A DNA stretch of 64,000 bases from Octopus vulgaris (GCA_951406725.2 OX597821.1:10602001-10666000), one strand, 5' to 3'. Shown: positions 1 to 14,411, numbered from the stretch's first letter. Numbers and translations: made by a program. The notes: generated by a model from the sequence alone, not told the origin.

Positions 1-58
1 GCGCTAACTGCGATTGAGCCCGAGCGGTCCATGTTTCTATGTAGTGTTGCAGAGTAAA

Positions 59-1050
59 CATGGCCCCCTCCGCTGGCTGTATGCACTGAGGAGGTACACG
101 CGTCAATGATTCAATTTCTCTGGTCTGCATTGTATCAATGGTTAGGGTTACTGAATCGAATAGTTTAAAAATGGATGGACAAGCTTGAATCACTAGGTTC
201 AACATACTCGAGAAATGGTTATGGAGAACCGATGAGCTACGAGCAATGAGGTCGCATGTTCTCTGCAAATGAGTAATGGTTCTGCGTACGAAATCATCGT
301 TGACAAGCTTCATTTTCGTAAGTCTGTAAATGGGTGCCAAGTAAGCTTACTGAAGCGCTGGCGTGCAGCTAGCTGTGCGCAGACTCGTCGATACTTGCTC
401 GTTCGCAACAACTGGGAAGGTGAGATTTTCTTCGAGAATATAGTCACTGTGAGGCCTGGATATACCACGTTAAACCTGAATTCAAAGTGCAGGGAATGGA
501 GTGGAAGCACGCTGAATCGTCAACAAAAAATATTCAAACCTAAGATCTCTGCAGGAAATGTGATGCTAACCGTTTTTGGGGCACGCAATACATCCTATAC
601 TATTATATTATCTGCAAAAAGGAGACTACAATCACCGGTGTAGGCTACAGTGACATGTTGGCCAACAAACTGAAACCGGATATTCGCACGAAAAGATAAG
701 GTCTATATTCAAAGCAAGTGCTATTGTTTTACGACAATGCATACCCATGTACGGCCGCCTCCAACATTGAAAGCATTGAAAAATTGGATTTCGTGTCGCA
801 GATCTCTCCTTTACAGACTATCACATAATTGGACCTCAGAAGATTCTTTTATAACGTCGTCGATTACCTACGGACAAAGGAATACAGGAAGTGGTTCATA
901 CATGACTGAGCGATCAGATGAAAACCTTCACCGATGTAATCAAGCAAGCGTGTGTACCTCTCAAAGAAGTGCATCGAAAGGAATGGAGATTATATCCAGA
1001 ACATAGTGTATTCAACCCATGCTTTTGTTTTAATAAATACAGAAAGAGGA
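59..1050 (+). mobile_element. Degenerate mariner (DD34D) transposase relic
   Basis: Frame-shifted motifs: MAPPLAVCTEE..MIQFLWS (N-terminus), GSAYEIIVDKLHFRK, FFENIVT, KIFKPKISAGNVMLTVF, LLFYDNAYP (cf. HDNARPH), KCIERNGDYIQN (C-terminus). Many stops and frameshifts; no clear TIR. Confidence 0.85.
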
Positions 1051-1104
1051 TTGCGTATAATTTTTTCATATTTACCCACATGTGTGTATACACACACACA
1101 CACG

Positions 1105-1193
<89 letters not shown>

Positions 1194-1387
1194 ACAATGT
1201 TGTTCCTAAATGACTCAACGAGAGATATTCAGTAGCAACACTTTAACGTAACGATTATTTGCCAACCTTATAAAGCAGTCCCGTTTAAGGGAGATTGCTT
1301 CTGTTTAGACCCGAGACGTCTTCTCGTGCTGACTATACTATATTTTCGAACAGGGGAGGTTAGCACCCTCACGCACCACAAAGCAGT

Positions 1388-1436
1388 ATCTGTGGACCAT
1401 ACGGTTTCAGGGTTATTTTCCTTTGTCGGCGTAGAT
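1388..1436 (-). ncRNA. Degenerate minimal type-I hammerhead motif
   Basis: ATCTACG CCGACAA AGG..CCT GAA ACCGTATGGT C CACAGAT; core mutated at G8. Confidence 0.5.
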
Positions 1437-1638
1437 TAAATCTTTGGCTGCTAAACACCCGTTCCGAAATATACATAAATTCCTGAGTGACTCACACTGG
1501 TGCTAATGAATATCGCTCGTTGACAGATTTAAGATCAACAATATCTCTATTCATTATACCAGTGATTGTGAGCCAATTAGAAAATCATATATATTTTCGA
1601 ACGGGTGTTTAGCAGCGGTATCTGAACCAAAGATTTAT

Positions 1639-1685
1639 TCTGTGCCAACGAAGGGTAATAGTTCTGAAACCGTATGGTCCACAGA
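1639..1685 (+). ncRNA. Degenerate minimal type-I hammerhead motif
   Basis: TCTGTG CCAACGA AGGG..TTCT GAA ACCGTATGGT C CACAGA; stem I TCTGTG/CACAGA, near-palindromic stem III, GUC triplet; G5 mutated. Confidence 0.55.
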
Positions 1686-1754
1686 TACCGCTTTGTGTTG
1701 GATGGGGTTGCTAACCTGTTTGAACTCATTTCCCTATCTCCGACGTATTCCAAG

Positions 1755-2360
1755 AAACTCCATTTGCGAACTTCATTGTTCCTTCTTCAATATTAAAATA
1801 TATTAGCGAATGCTCAAAAAATTCGCAAAGCCATTTACAGTCATCAATCTTCACAACGAATGACCAATTTCCTGAAATTTCTATTCAACTGTCCACTACA
1901 GCTAACATCCAAATTTCTCAGCTTGCCCTCCAACACTGAATGTCTCACCAGATAATGCAGAGGGAATAGAACCGTAACTTCTTCAAATCTTATATGTCTT
2001 TGGGTCAAAGCTGAATGGAGTTACATTTGTGCCCAATTATCAACAACATTTCTCTTCACACACAGCAGTGCACACACATAAAGACACACACAGCAGTGCA
2101 CCACTGCCCACATTTGCACCCAAGCTTTCACACATACACACACATTCTCACTCACACACGTACATACATTTATAACTTTTAATCTTAGGTTTCTCTCTCT
2201 CTCTTTCTCGTTTACTAATTACAATGTGAATTAGACTTTTCTTTCTCTATTTTTCTTTCTTTCTCTCTATCTTTCTCTCTCACTCTATCTCTTATTCAAC
2301 TTTTAGCATATGATAGACTACTACGAGATATTTAGCGTACCGAAACTCAGTCTCTGCACA
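1755..2360 (+). mobile_element. Penelope-like element 3' relic (GIY-YIG end plus UTR with decayed hammerhead at ~2317-2353)
   Basis: ICELHCSFFNIKIY resembles the GIY-YIG IYxIxC..YIG motif; LLQILYVFGSKLNG resembles the C-terminal motif; cta-cga gatat..gtacc GAAACTCAGTC is a decayed hammerhead. Confidence 0.45.
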
Positions 2361-2720
2361 CATATGACATTCTACTATTTCATCCCTATTGCATTGATTA
2401 ATCTGCCTAAAAGAGAATTTCTGTGGCTCCCTCACTTCCTTTTACCGTTTTTATTCTAGGTTGCATCTTTTGTACAATACCATTATTTTAAATTTTTCAG
2501 ATCTTGCAAAACTTTTACCAAGTGCATTGAATTTTCTGCTTGTCTTTGTATTCAACTCCTTGTTTTCTAGATTCAAATTTCAGAGTAAATCCTATCTTTG
2601 CTTCTATACGACAAAACTGTTTTCCACAACCGATTTATTTGTATACACTTGCATACTAATGTGTAACGTCACCTACCTTCTGCTTGTCATCGTATGTGCG
2701 TCTTCAATATTGTTAAAGAG

Positions 2721-3390
2721 AAGGAGGCGAGCTGGCAGAAACGTTAGCACGCCGGGCGAAATGCGTAGCCGTATTTCGTCTGCCGTTACGTTCTGAGTTC
2801 AAATTCCGCCGAGGTCGACTTTGCCTTTCATCCTTCAGGAGTCTATAAATTAAGTACTAGTTACGCACTGGGATCGATGTAATCGACTTAATCCCTTTGT
2901 CTGTCATTGTTTGTCCCCTCTGTGTTTAGTCCCTTGTGGGTAGTAAAAAAATAGAAATTGGTAATTCGTCTGTCTTTACATCCAGAGTTCAAATTCCGCC
3001 CAGGTCGACTTTGCCTTTCATCCTTACTGGGTCGATTAAATAAGTACCAGTTACGCAGTGGTATCGATATAATCGACTTAATCCCTTTGTCTGCCATTGT
3101 TTGTCCCCATTATGTGTAGCCCCTTGTGGGCAGTAAACGAATAAGAAACGTTAGCACGCCGGGCGATATGCTTAGCGGTATTTCGTCTACCGTTACGTTC
3201 TGAGTTCAAATTCCGCCGAGATCGACTTTGCCATTCATTCTTTTGGGGAGGAAGGTCAATAAATTAAGTTACTTTGCCTTTCATTTTTCGGGGGCGATAA
3301 ATTAAATACCGGTTGCGTACTGGGGTCGATTTACACGACTGGCCCTCTCTCCCAAAATTTCTAGTCGTGTGCCTAGAGTAGAAAAGAATA
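2721..3390 (+). mobile_element. Tandem array of 3-4 tRNA-derived SINE units (Meta-domain-like core)
   Basis: Repeated gagttcaaattccgcc (B box) plus gactttgcctttcatcc..ggtcgat.aa.taagtacca core; units at ~2721, ~2960, ~3144 and ~3271. Confidence 0.85.
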
Positions 3391-4379
3391 ATGTTGTAGG
3401 GAATGTATGATAATGGTACAACTCTCCTACGTGACGAATGGAGTAACATAGTCACTACAAGTAAAGAGAAGTACGTAAAGTACCAGAGCACGTAGTATGC
3501 TGTCGGCGACAGTCGATATTATCAGAATAAACGCAATTTTACCGAAAAATTTTAAGGGCGTACATATTTCTGTGAGATACCGTATGTGTTTGCATGTGTG
3601 TATGTTTGTGAGAGTGTGTGTGTGATTGTGTGTGTGATTGTGTGTGTATGTGTGTGTGTGTCTGTGTGTCTTTGTAATATTTTCAGTATAACGGATATGA
3701 GTTAAAATAAGAAGGATAATAAACGAGTGAAGAGAAAATAGATAGTGCGTATATATTTTTTGGCAAAAATAAGCAACAATCCTGAAATAAAATATATATA
3801 TTTTCCTGATAGTCTGTGACATATGTATATGCTTATGATTAATGTTGACAGGTGGTATCCTATGTGTAATGTAATATTTATTTATGTGGAAAAGGACGAT
3901 AGCATTCGAAAATAGGGATCCATGATACACACATAAATATTGATGCAGTTGGTGGATCTATAGAAATCACACTTCTGATCACAATGAAATGTAAACACTC
4001 AACAGAGTCGTGTTTCGTTGACTTAAGCAAAGAGTAAAATGAATTATCTCCCTATGTGCATGAATAAATGAAAAAAAAAATGAAGTATGCTCATATTACA
4101 CTTTGCAGATATCTGCAGATTTAACAGTATATGTCCAATGACAATGTGATAACATGCAGGTACTGATGAAACCGATCTAAATAAACTGATCATAATATTT
4201 GGCCATTACACAGCATTTACGTTATATCTGATTTTCTAACGCAAAGTAGCGTTAGTAGATAATACCATGAATTTCAAAGACATGTAAATAATGATGTTCG
4301 TAATCATATCTGTAATACATTATCAAAGTACTTCTACTTCTCATCTCCCCTTTGCCATCCTCAACCACTTCCTTTCCCC

Positions 4380-4447
4380 CTTCCTCCTCCTCCTCCTCCT
4401 CCTCCTCCTCCTCCTCCTCCTACTACTACTACTACTACTACTACTAC

Positions 4448-4478
<31 letters not shown>

Positions 4479-4480
4479 AC
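4380..4480. repeat. Compound (CCT)n-(CTA)n-(TAA)n microsatellite
   Basis: Visible directly in the sequence. Confidence 0.95.
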
Positions 4481-4626
4481 TGCATTCAATGCCGTAATAT
4501 TTTAAGGTGGAATTCGTCAAATATACCCACATAGATACAATCATACGTAGTTATATATGTATATATATATTACCTATATATATCTCCCTCGATCTGCGTG
4601 TGTATACAGACACACACACACGCACA

Positions 4627-4748
<122 letters not shown>

Positions 4749-5810
4749 AATGTGGGGATAAATAAATTAGACTGATCTATATATAAAGTATATTAAATAA
4801 TTTATATATTGATCTAATTTAATTATCTCCACATCTGTTTCTATACCCGTTCATATATGAGCACTACGGAGAAAAATTATATAGCAGAAACACCGAGAGA
4901 GGGTGGATGGAGTGATGGAATGAGCGCCTTATGCTATTTCTAAACATGTACTCGTCGATTGATTTATGCGGAGACACAAACATTACGCAAAGTGAGTCTT
5001 CCCTTTATACATACCACAAAATATTTACTTTTTTTCCCTTCAATACTGAATTAAAGTTATTATCTGAAAATATAAAGGCTCCCGTTCCCAGAATATATTC
5101 TGTATTATTTCCTAAACAATTGAAATTTTGAAGGTGGCATTAATCCGTGACTCCTTAATGCAATAACTTAATTTGGCTGCTACTTGAGTTTAATTCCGTG
5201 CCTGTATGCACGCTGTCATGCTCGTATGTATAAAGGGATTATCTATAACAATCAAAAGGAATTGCTTAATCAAATAAATGGAAGTTGGTATATTTAGTTA
5301 ATATTATTGTAGAGAAATTTCACGTTCTGGTCAGTAATACTTTCATATTATTTTCTGCTCTATACGTTTGTTTGTTTTTTTGTTTAAATAGGCAATTGTG
5401 GCAAATATTTCTCCGAAATTATATGTTTTTTTTTTCTCGATCGGTAATGAAGGTTTATAGGATCTGAAATAGTAATTCCTTCTTTATCTGAAATGCATGT
5501 ATCTTTGCATTCCTTGAAAATATTGTTACATTTTCTGAAATTTTAACTTTCATAATTTCATAGTTAATATCTCATTCCTGTTACATATACGATGTAATCA
5601 AGCATAGTACATCAATATGCACTGTGAGTACTCTAATTGTGAGAAATAATATTTAAACAAAAGTTGAGAGACATATGTGAATGGAATTTTACTAATAGAC
5701 CTCAATTCCATTTTGTGCCCCGCCGAAATCCCCATATTTTCATATTCATTGAAGACATTTTATTTGTGAAATTTCAATAGATTACTCTTTCGTTTATTAA
5801 GCAGTTACTT

Positions 5811-5811
<1 letters not shown>

Positions 5812-5846
<35 letters not shown>

Positions 5847-5927
5847 TATAATAATAATAATTATTATTATTATTAGTATAGTAGTAGTAGTAGTAGGAGT
5901 TATATTAGTAGTAGTAGTGTGATAAAG

Positions 5928-5966
<39 letters not shown>

Positions 5967-6121
5967 ATAATAATAATAATAATAATGATAACAATAATAA
6001 TAATAATGACAAGAAGAAGGAGAGGTAGGTGAAGAAGAAGAAGAAGAAGAAGAAGAAGAAGAAGAAGAAGAAGAAGAAGAAGAAGAAGAAGAAGAAGAAG
6101 AAGAAGAAGAAGAAGAAGAAG
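5812..6121. repeat. Compound (TAA)/(TAG)/(CTA)/(GAA)n microsatellite
   Basis: Visible directly in the sequence. Confidence 0.95.
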
Positions 6122-6783
6122 AGTTACGCAGATAATGTACAATAATTTCAACAATTTTCGAAAATTTTCAATTAAAATCGTAAGTAGAGAATTCAGTTGG
6201 CCGGTATAAAGGAGTTCACGTCGGCAAATTCATACCTCCTGTATGAAGCTGAAGAAGAAAACATTGAAGGTATTGTACACCCCAGCATATGTATAGTTCA
6301 TAATATCAATGTTCGCATTTCCCCAATCTTTACAGTTAACATTATAGTACCCGAAACTTCTTCAAAAATTGCTAATGTTAGGCAAAAACAAATGCCGTTC
6401 TCATCAATCAAGAAGTAGGAAAATTATTTGAAGTAGTCAGAAAGATACAGTTTAGTAATGATTAATGTCCACATACAGATAACACTTCAGAGTTCATTAT
6501 ACCTCACATATCAATGTTATAAACTAAAAACTGTTATCATCATGCGATGATAACTTACCAAAGTAATCACATGTGTAGTGGTACACATGTAGCTCTTCTA
6601 AACAATGAAGCAAAATAAATAAAGGCAGAATCATGGTTGAAGGTCGAATTCAAAGAGAATTTATTACAACAAACTCGGAGAAGTCATACATTTAAACAGC
6701 AATTTCTAATCATATTATCAAAGACAATGACAAAAAGAGATTGTTCGAGAGGCCTTCTGTTACCAAAATCTGTATTCACATAT

Positions 6784-7350
<567 letters not shown>

Positions 7351-7390
7351 AGAATAAAAGAATATACACACACACACACACACACATATA

Positions 7391-8225
7391 TCTATATATA
7401 TAAAAGTCAACTTGTGTGCCTGTGTGTGTATCTGTGTATGTGTCTGTGTGTTTAATTTCCCGGCACCTCTCCTAGACAACAAATCGTAGAACCACCAAAA
7501 TTGGGTCACTTAAAGTTTAGGCAAATGAAAATTGAACTGCATAATTTCTGTTCCGAAATTCATCTCTCAAGTGCAAAAATTGATACTGTGTTTGTTTAAA
7601 CCCTATCCCATGCATTGAATAGTGAACTTTACTCAGTCAGCTGTTTGACTTGAACTGTGTTCACCACGCGTGCAAGCATGCGTAAATTGCATGAAAAATT
7701 AAAAAAAATCAAGATATAAAAACGAATCGCCGTAAACATTGTCAAAATTCGGCAAAGAAATTCACTTTCGGGATGTAGCCTGGAGGGTTTTTTCGTATTA
7801 ATCGTTTGGACTTTGTGAACACATACCAATTTTTTTCATAATATTTTTAACGCTTTGAATTAAATGTGACCATTTTGCGTTGATTCTGCTGTTTGAATCA
7901 CTTCAACCAAATTTTAGCAGGCCGGATTTTTGATCATCACGATACATCGCCAGCGACTCCCTGAAACTCCTCTCTGAAATCCCCGTCGAGAAATACTGAT
8001 CTAAAACAATAATTCAACAATGCAATTATTTGATCAACAACAATTTATGAAACGCTTCTACGTACTTCCTATTGAGGAAATGGAACACATAAGCGCAAAA
8101 ATAGAGGGCATTAAATGCTTGATTCTAAAACCAATATAACTGAATTTTGATTGAACTTCATCCAAGTTTAGCTAATTCGCGCGTGCATAGAACGCACGAG
8201 CGCACGAGCCGGGCAATACTGCTAG
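7391..8225 (+). mobile_element. Non-autonomous Helitron
   Basis: 5' A|TCTATATATATAAAAGTC followed by a (TGTC/TGTG) tract; 3' GC-rich gcgcacgagccgggcaatactgCTAG|T; AT target, no TSD. Confidence 0.75.
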
Positions 8226-8227
8226 TA

Positions 8228-8290
<63 letters not shown>

Positions 8291-8759
8291 TCCCAGTGGG
8301 ACAACAGCTTTTCCACAGTTGTGATAAAGCCAGCGATAAACTTCATAGAAAAATATTATTTTCAAGAAATTCTCATTAAGAAATTCTTCTTACATTGACA
8401 GGAGGAATTCCAACTACGATTCGTGGATCGCTACATCAACAGCTCCATTATAGAATCCACTGGTTAAGAACACCACCAGGAGGAACCACATTCAGTTTCG
8501 GCCCATATATCTCAACTGTTTTCGACGTGGTGTCTTCAGCTCTTGTGTTGAGCGCGTTTTTTCCTTATTCTTTTCCCTTTGGTTCTGTGATTTTTGGGAT
8601 GTCAGCCGGCGAATAACCATCCTGCCAAATTTCCCTTTAAATACCTCCAAGTAGGATCCAGCAGCCATTGCCAGCTACCTGACACGCGACAAATCTAAGC
8701 TTCAACTGAGCAGTGGAGAGGAAGTGCACATAATTTTGGTCCTCGCCCACTCAGAGTCG

Positions 8760-10040
8760 TGTTAGTTTCAGTTCCGGCAGTCAAAGCCAGCTAGCTGTGT
8801 GGCAGCCAGTTTCACCTAGCGACATTGTTTCCCAGTCGGTATGATATGGTTTTCGAGCCATTTCAAGTCTTCCCGTTCCAGCCATAGATAGAAGCTGACA
8901 TTGTCGATTGCCTCCTGTATTCTCTTTGTTACATTTCGCAGCTGAGCTCGAAAATGCAAACCTTTGAAATAACGTCGCCATTTTTCTTTCAATGAAGCCT
9001 CTAGCCCCCACCGCCAGGTGGTAATACTCGACAGTCCACCCCTGTTCTCCGCCCTCTTTGATTATATATTTCATACCTCCTATCCTTCCCTTGCTCTGCA
9101 TCAGCGATGTTCTCTTCCCATGCCACTGTCAGATCTAGCAAAATTCCAATTTTTCGCTGTGTTCCATACGATTAAGACCGGTCCTTTTGTTGTTTTTATG
9201 GGTGGAAATATTAAGTCTTTCCAAATCCACAGCCAGCTCCCAGGATCCCTTCATTCTTTCGTCAGCTTCGTATGATTTTCTTAAAGGCCTGGCCTTATAT
9301 CATTTTTCCTCCTTCTGAAAATATATCCTTCCACGCTTTTCCACTTTTGGGTACTCTCCCATATTATATCCCACGATCTTCTTGATTGCTGTGATTATGA
9401 TACCAGGGGCTTGATTGTAACGCGATATATATCTGTCTGGTGCTAGTCTGCAGTTTGACAAAATATGTCTAACCGTCGCTTTCCCTCCGCATCTACATTT
9501 ATAAGTCTTTTGTATATTCCACCGGACTAAAATGGCCGGTGAAAGGAAAACGTCGAAGGTAGAATTGATCAGAACGGATGTTCTTGCTTGTTCCCAAGCT
9601 GAAAGCCTCTTCCAGGAGATTCTGTCCACATATTCCACCAATATCAGGCTCTTTCCCTGATGACTACATTGTACTTTTCACCTTTCTTTATCTTCCTTTC
9701 TCACTTCGTCTATCACTGCCCCTTTCATCTCTTTTACATTGCTGATGCAAAATGGTTTGATATTGCGCAACCCTAGACCGACACTTCTTTCTTTGCATCG
9801 CTCTGACAATATCGGCATGCCTTATCTTTACCATCGCGTTGTTTACTGCTTTTTCCGCTTGCCATTTCCTCCCTGTTCGTACCTTTGGGGAATTTTCCCG
9901 GATGTTCCGATGATTCGAGTACCTTTGCATCATTACTGCCCTGGCTTTTCCTGCCGTATATTTTTCGACGTTTGAGGTTATCGGTAGATGCAGTACACGT
10001 GTTCTATATAGTGCAGTTGTATTCAACAATACATAAACAT
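8760..10040 (-). mobile_element. HERO-clade (RLE) non-LTR retrotransposon, 3' part, degenerate
   Basis: LYRT..LHLPITS.VEKY..GKARAVMMQRYS..VRTGRKWQAEKAV; CCHC knuckle CRCGGKATVRHILSNC; endonuclease LLDLTVAWEENIADA..K..RY; VGARGFI. Confidence 0.85.
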
Positions 10041-10556
10041 CAACAACATTTATCCAAAGATTGCTGTCATGTAGCCATAAATTTATGAAGTATGAAAAAT
10101 TTCATTTCCTGCGTATTTATTGCCATTTTTCTATTTGTGTTCAATACGTTACATATATGATTCAATTTCATTGAGATTTATGAAGATTAAGAGAAAGCAA
10201 TAACTTTCACATACGTCAGGGAGTATCACATACTGCCCCAATTAACATATGACACGTTAAAGATATTCTTTCATACGATTCTTCAATGTGTTATATTTCA
10301 TTCACTTTTATATTTCTAAAGTTACATTTTATAAAATGTTTCTGGCAAATTTGCATATCGGCAGCAACCTTAGACCATTCAATATCGGAATGTTAATCTC
10401 ATAATACGACACATATTTGCAATCACGGTGATTGAGTTAACTCCCACTAAACAGTGCTTTGCTTCACGGTCACCTATACAGCTAGAAAAAAACGCACAGT
10501 TTTTGTTTATTTCTTCTCTTCTCTATTGTGTTGTAGTACCAATACACACAAACACA

Positions 10557-10603
<47 letters not shown>

Positions 10604-11036
10604 ATACACACACATATATATGTGTGTGTGTATAGCTATATCTCTATATCTATGGAATAACACCCAGATTCCACGCCGGTGTACCCATCTATCATCACTC
10701 ATTTACACGTAGAAATCCATACATACTTGTTTAGATGCATTAAACTGAAATACGTATATCTAGTTATATATAATTGTATGTATGTACATAGTTTAATACG
10801 TATGTACGTGTGTGAACATGTCTTATATGTTGTGTGAGAATATGCGTGTGTATGAGTGTGAACATGCATGTACGCATGAGTATGTGTGGAGATATATGTA
10901 TATATTATATATTAGATATATAAATAGAAATATTTTTTATTAAAAAGACTTGAATTTTAACCGTCCTCCACGAAAATAGTGACATACATTTGTGTATATG
11001 AATAAGAGCATACCTGTGCGTACTTTAAGATTATAC

Positions 11037-11117
<81 letters not shown>

Positions 11118-11245
11118 AGTGTGTATACGTGTTTATATGATTGTGTATGCCTGTATCTATATATAGGTAGGTTTATATTTGCATTTATCCATTCACCGTC
11201 AAACGGTGGTGAGAAGGAAACACGCACACATATATATATATATCA

Positions 11246-11304
<59 letters not shown>

Positions 11305-11329
11305 TATATGTATATGTATGCAACCTACG

Positions 11330-11820
11330 ACAGAGAATTCTGAATTATCCCCTGATTTGAATTTTGGCCTCATGTCATGTCTTTTAAGATTTTTTAGTGG
11401 CCATTCACTGTTCCCTACAAGGTCTCATAAATCAGATCTTTCATATTGGAACATTGTAAGAGTACTTCTGGTTAGATTTTGTAGTGTGATACATATCGGT
11501 CACTCCTGGATTATGTGTGTTAGTAAATGGAATAGTATTTTCTTCAATTTGGGAGGAGTGTTTTCTGTTGCATGTTCTCTAGTATTATCGTCTTCATAAT
11601 TTAATCTTTTGATATTAAAAAAAAATTCTGCTTTTTACTTTTTGTGAAGTCTCTGCATATACTGTATCGAATCTGACTTATTTTCGGATCAAGTACCGTT
11701 GCACAAATACATTATGCCATACAATATTCAATGCTCTGTTTGATGTGTGAAGAATAGCAAAATTACCTGTAAATAAATCGTAAATGAGGTTTCTCTCCCA
11801 GAGAGATGAAAACGTTAGAT
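11330..11820 (-). mobile_element. Penelope-like element relic (end of RT/linker)
   Basis: YSSHIKQSIEYCMA*CICATV resembles HP.HTK.NIPY.LARRICTIV; IPFTNTHNPG; KNLKRHDMRPKF resembles NLKxxLTRAKF. Confidence 0.6.
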
Positions 11821-11827
11821 ACATAAT

Positions 11828-11828
11828 C

Positions 11829-11897
<69 letters not shown>

Positions 11898-11914
11898 CCT
11901 ATCTACCTATCTAC

Positions 11915-12002
<88 letters not shown>

Positions 12003-12020
12003 ATATATATATATATATAT
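11828..12020. repeat. (TCTA)n tetranucleotide microsatellite
   Basis: Visible directly in the sequence. Confidence 0.95.
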
Positions 12021-12336
12021 ATACACACTTATATGTATACATATACTCAAAGTCGGGTAGATTCGTTATTTCTTTTTCGTTACCTACGTAAACTAAGAGT
12101 ATTGCTGTCTGGGAGATATCGTAAGGTAGAGCAATAGTATTTAATTTCTATTTCTAAATTTCGGTATGTGGTGAAGCAATTTGGTGAACCCTAATTGTAA
12201 TTATGCTTATAATTCTAGAATTTTTGTATAAGGGAACCGATAAATATTATTTTAACACAAGGAACTACTCGGTTAAATTATTAATTATTAATTAATTAAT
12301 TAAATTTACTCTTTATTATTATTGAAAAGATACATA

Positions 12337-12391
<55 letters not shown>

Positions 12392-12428
12392 GTGTGTGTC
12401 TGTATGTGTATGCATATATATATTTATA

Positions 12429-12462
<34 letters not shown>

Positions 12463-13130
12463 CATACAGACAGACAGATAGATAGATAGATATATATACA
12501 CACACGCACAAAGAGACACACATGTATGTATGTATCAAAGATGACTTAGCAACCTATCTAGTCCAATAGCGAAAGATATATATACATATATACACGCATA
12601 CTTATGTATGTGTGTGAGTGTGTATGGGTGCATGTACGTATGTGTCTGTGTGTGGGGCAAAGATAAATATTATCTGACATTAATTGCTTCGAATCTAAAC
12701 AATTAAATAATCTAAATTTTAGCATAACACAATTAACGTCAGACATTAATTGGAATTCTGTAAGTTTCATATTTCTTGGGCTCCTATTAATATATCGTCA
12801 ACGATATCATAAATATGTACGTATCAATTTCAAAACTATTATGTATAATTCAAATATTTTATGTGCATCTCTTGAGAGAGAAAAGATGAAATTTCCTGTA
12901 GTTATGCATTTTCGCATATTCTTGCGTGATTTGCATAATTTAAATCCCCAACGTTGACGTAGTATAACAGTGATTTATTTTTACACGCATTTATATATGT
13001 GTGCGTGTTTGTATGTGTGTTCGTGCGTGTGTTTGTGTGTATATATACATATATCTATCTATCTATCTATCTATATATATATATATACATATGCATGCAT
13101 TTATGTGTATATATATATATACATACACAA

Positions 13131-13189
<59 letters not shown>

Positions 13190-13938
13190 TACATATAGAA
13201 CATCATATATGTATACGCACACCCACAACTATATGTGTGTGTGTGAGTGTGTCGCTGTATGATTAAGGGGTCTTTATACCATATGAAACATAAACGTATC
13301 CTTGTCAAAACTGATCGCATGGAAACACTTTGATAAGCCTGTTATTATATGATATAAGCCATGCTCTCTTTGATACTTTAAAGCTGATCAATTATTCTCC
13401 GCATGTGCTGGCTTTAAGGGTTCTGTCAAATTATGACATTCAAAGGGAGAAGTTTCTAAACGAATAGAAACTAAATAGGACAACATTCTGCGGTTGATAT
13501 CTTTCTGAACAAGAAAATTCAGAGGTGAGGAACATATACTATGGATACAGGAAATATTTACACATCGTTATTTCATTGATCAGATGAAATGGGCAGTAAA
13601 AGCAAACAGCATGAATCGATTTTTATATTCAAATCTACATATTCATAGGTGCGGAAATTCAAAATACACGATAGGCTCAAAGACATAAACATGCGTGCAT
13701 ATGCCTGCGTGTGCGTAGTCTGTGTGTGTGTGAGTACATTTATGTGCGCGAGCGCCTGTGTGTTTGCATGAGTTGCCTGTGTCTATGTGAGGAATTTAAA
13801 TTTCAGGCTTGCTGCTTTTTCTCTCTTTCTTTTCCGATTCCCTACGCTATATGTATATGAGGACCTTCTTTTACACGTTTCGGTCATTTGACTGCGGCCA
13901 TATGTATATATACATATGTATATATATATATATATAGG

Positions 13939-14109
13939 ATCAAATGCACAATAACAGACGATGGATAATTGTGACCTTATTACAACAGTTTCTTAAAGAT
14001 TTTCCCTATAGACGACCATGAAGATCTAGGAACTTGTACGCCAGGCAATACGTAAGAAACAGCTTTAAGAAGCTGACAATTGTCCTTCATCTGTTTTGAT
14101 TCATTTGAT
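13939..14109. repeat. Diverged inverted repeat (13939-13995 vs 14053-14109), PLE-terminus-like
   Basis: atcaaatg..aacaga.ga.gga.aattgt...gtttctta vs taagaaac...acaattgtccttcatctgtt..catttgat; contains a GAAACAGCT hammerhead half-site. Confidence 0.65.
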
Positions 14110-14340
14110 TATAATACACCAAAGAAATTTACAATTTTTCGGAGACCCTAGTGTGTACCAACAATGTGCAATTCAATGTAAAGCCTGCTTTGGACCTGTC
14201 CTAGGCGCTACATATTTATATGGTTGATTTTCTTTGTGTACACAATCGGAATATTCTATTTGATACTTAACAACCATAGGTCTATCCAACACTACCTGGT
14301 GCACATCTTTTCAAGTACCCGATTCTGATTCTTTATTTTA

Positions 14341-14411
<71 letters not shown>

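Larger units (their letters stand above)
1357..1717. repeat. Imperfect inverted repeat (1357-1473 vs 1589-1717), PLE-terminus-like
   Basis: gtatctgtggaccatacggtttcag...ctgctaaacacccgttc is the reverse complement of gaacgggtgtttagcag...ctgaaaccgtatggtccacagatac. Confidence 0.85.

Noticed and set aside
8500-8545. CTGAAGA...GAAA on the minus strand
   Set aside because: There is no proper stem II closing pair and no stem I; chance match.
12680-13660. Possible further Penelope RT remnants (YDIVDDILI, FDKDTFMFH) on the minus strand
   Set aside because: Too short and decayed to support without a profile search.
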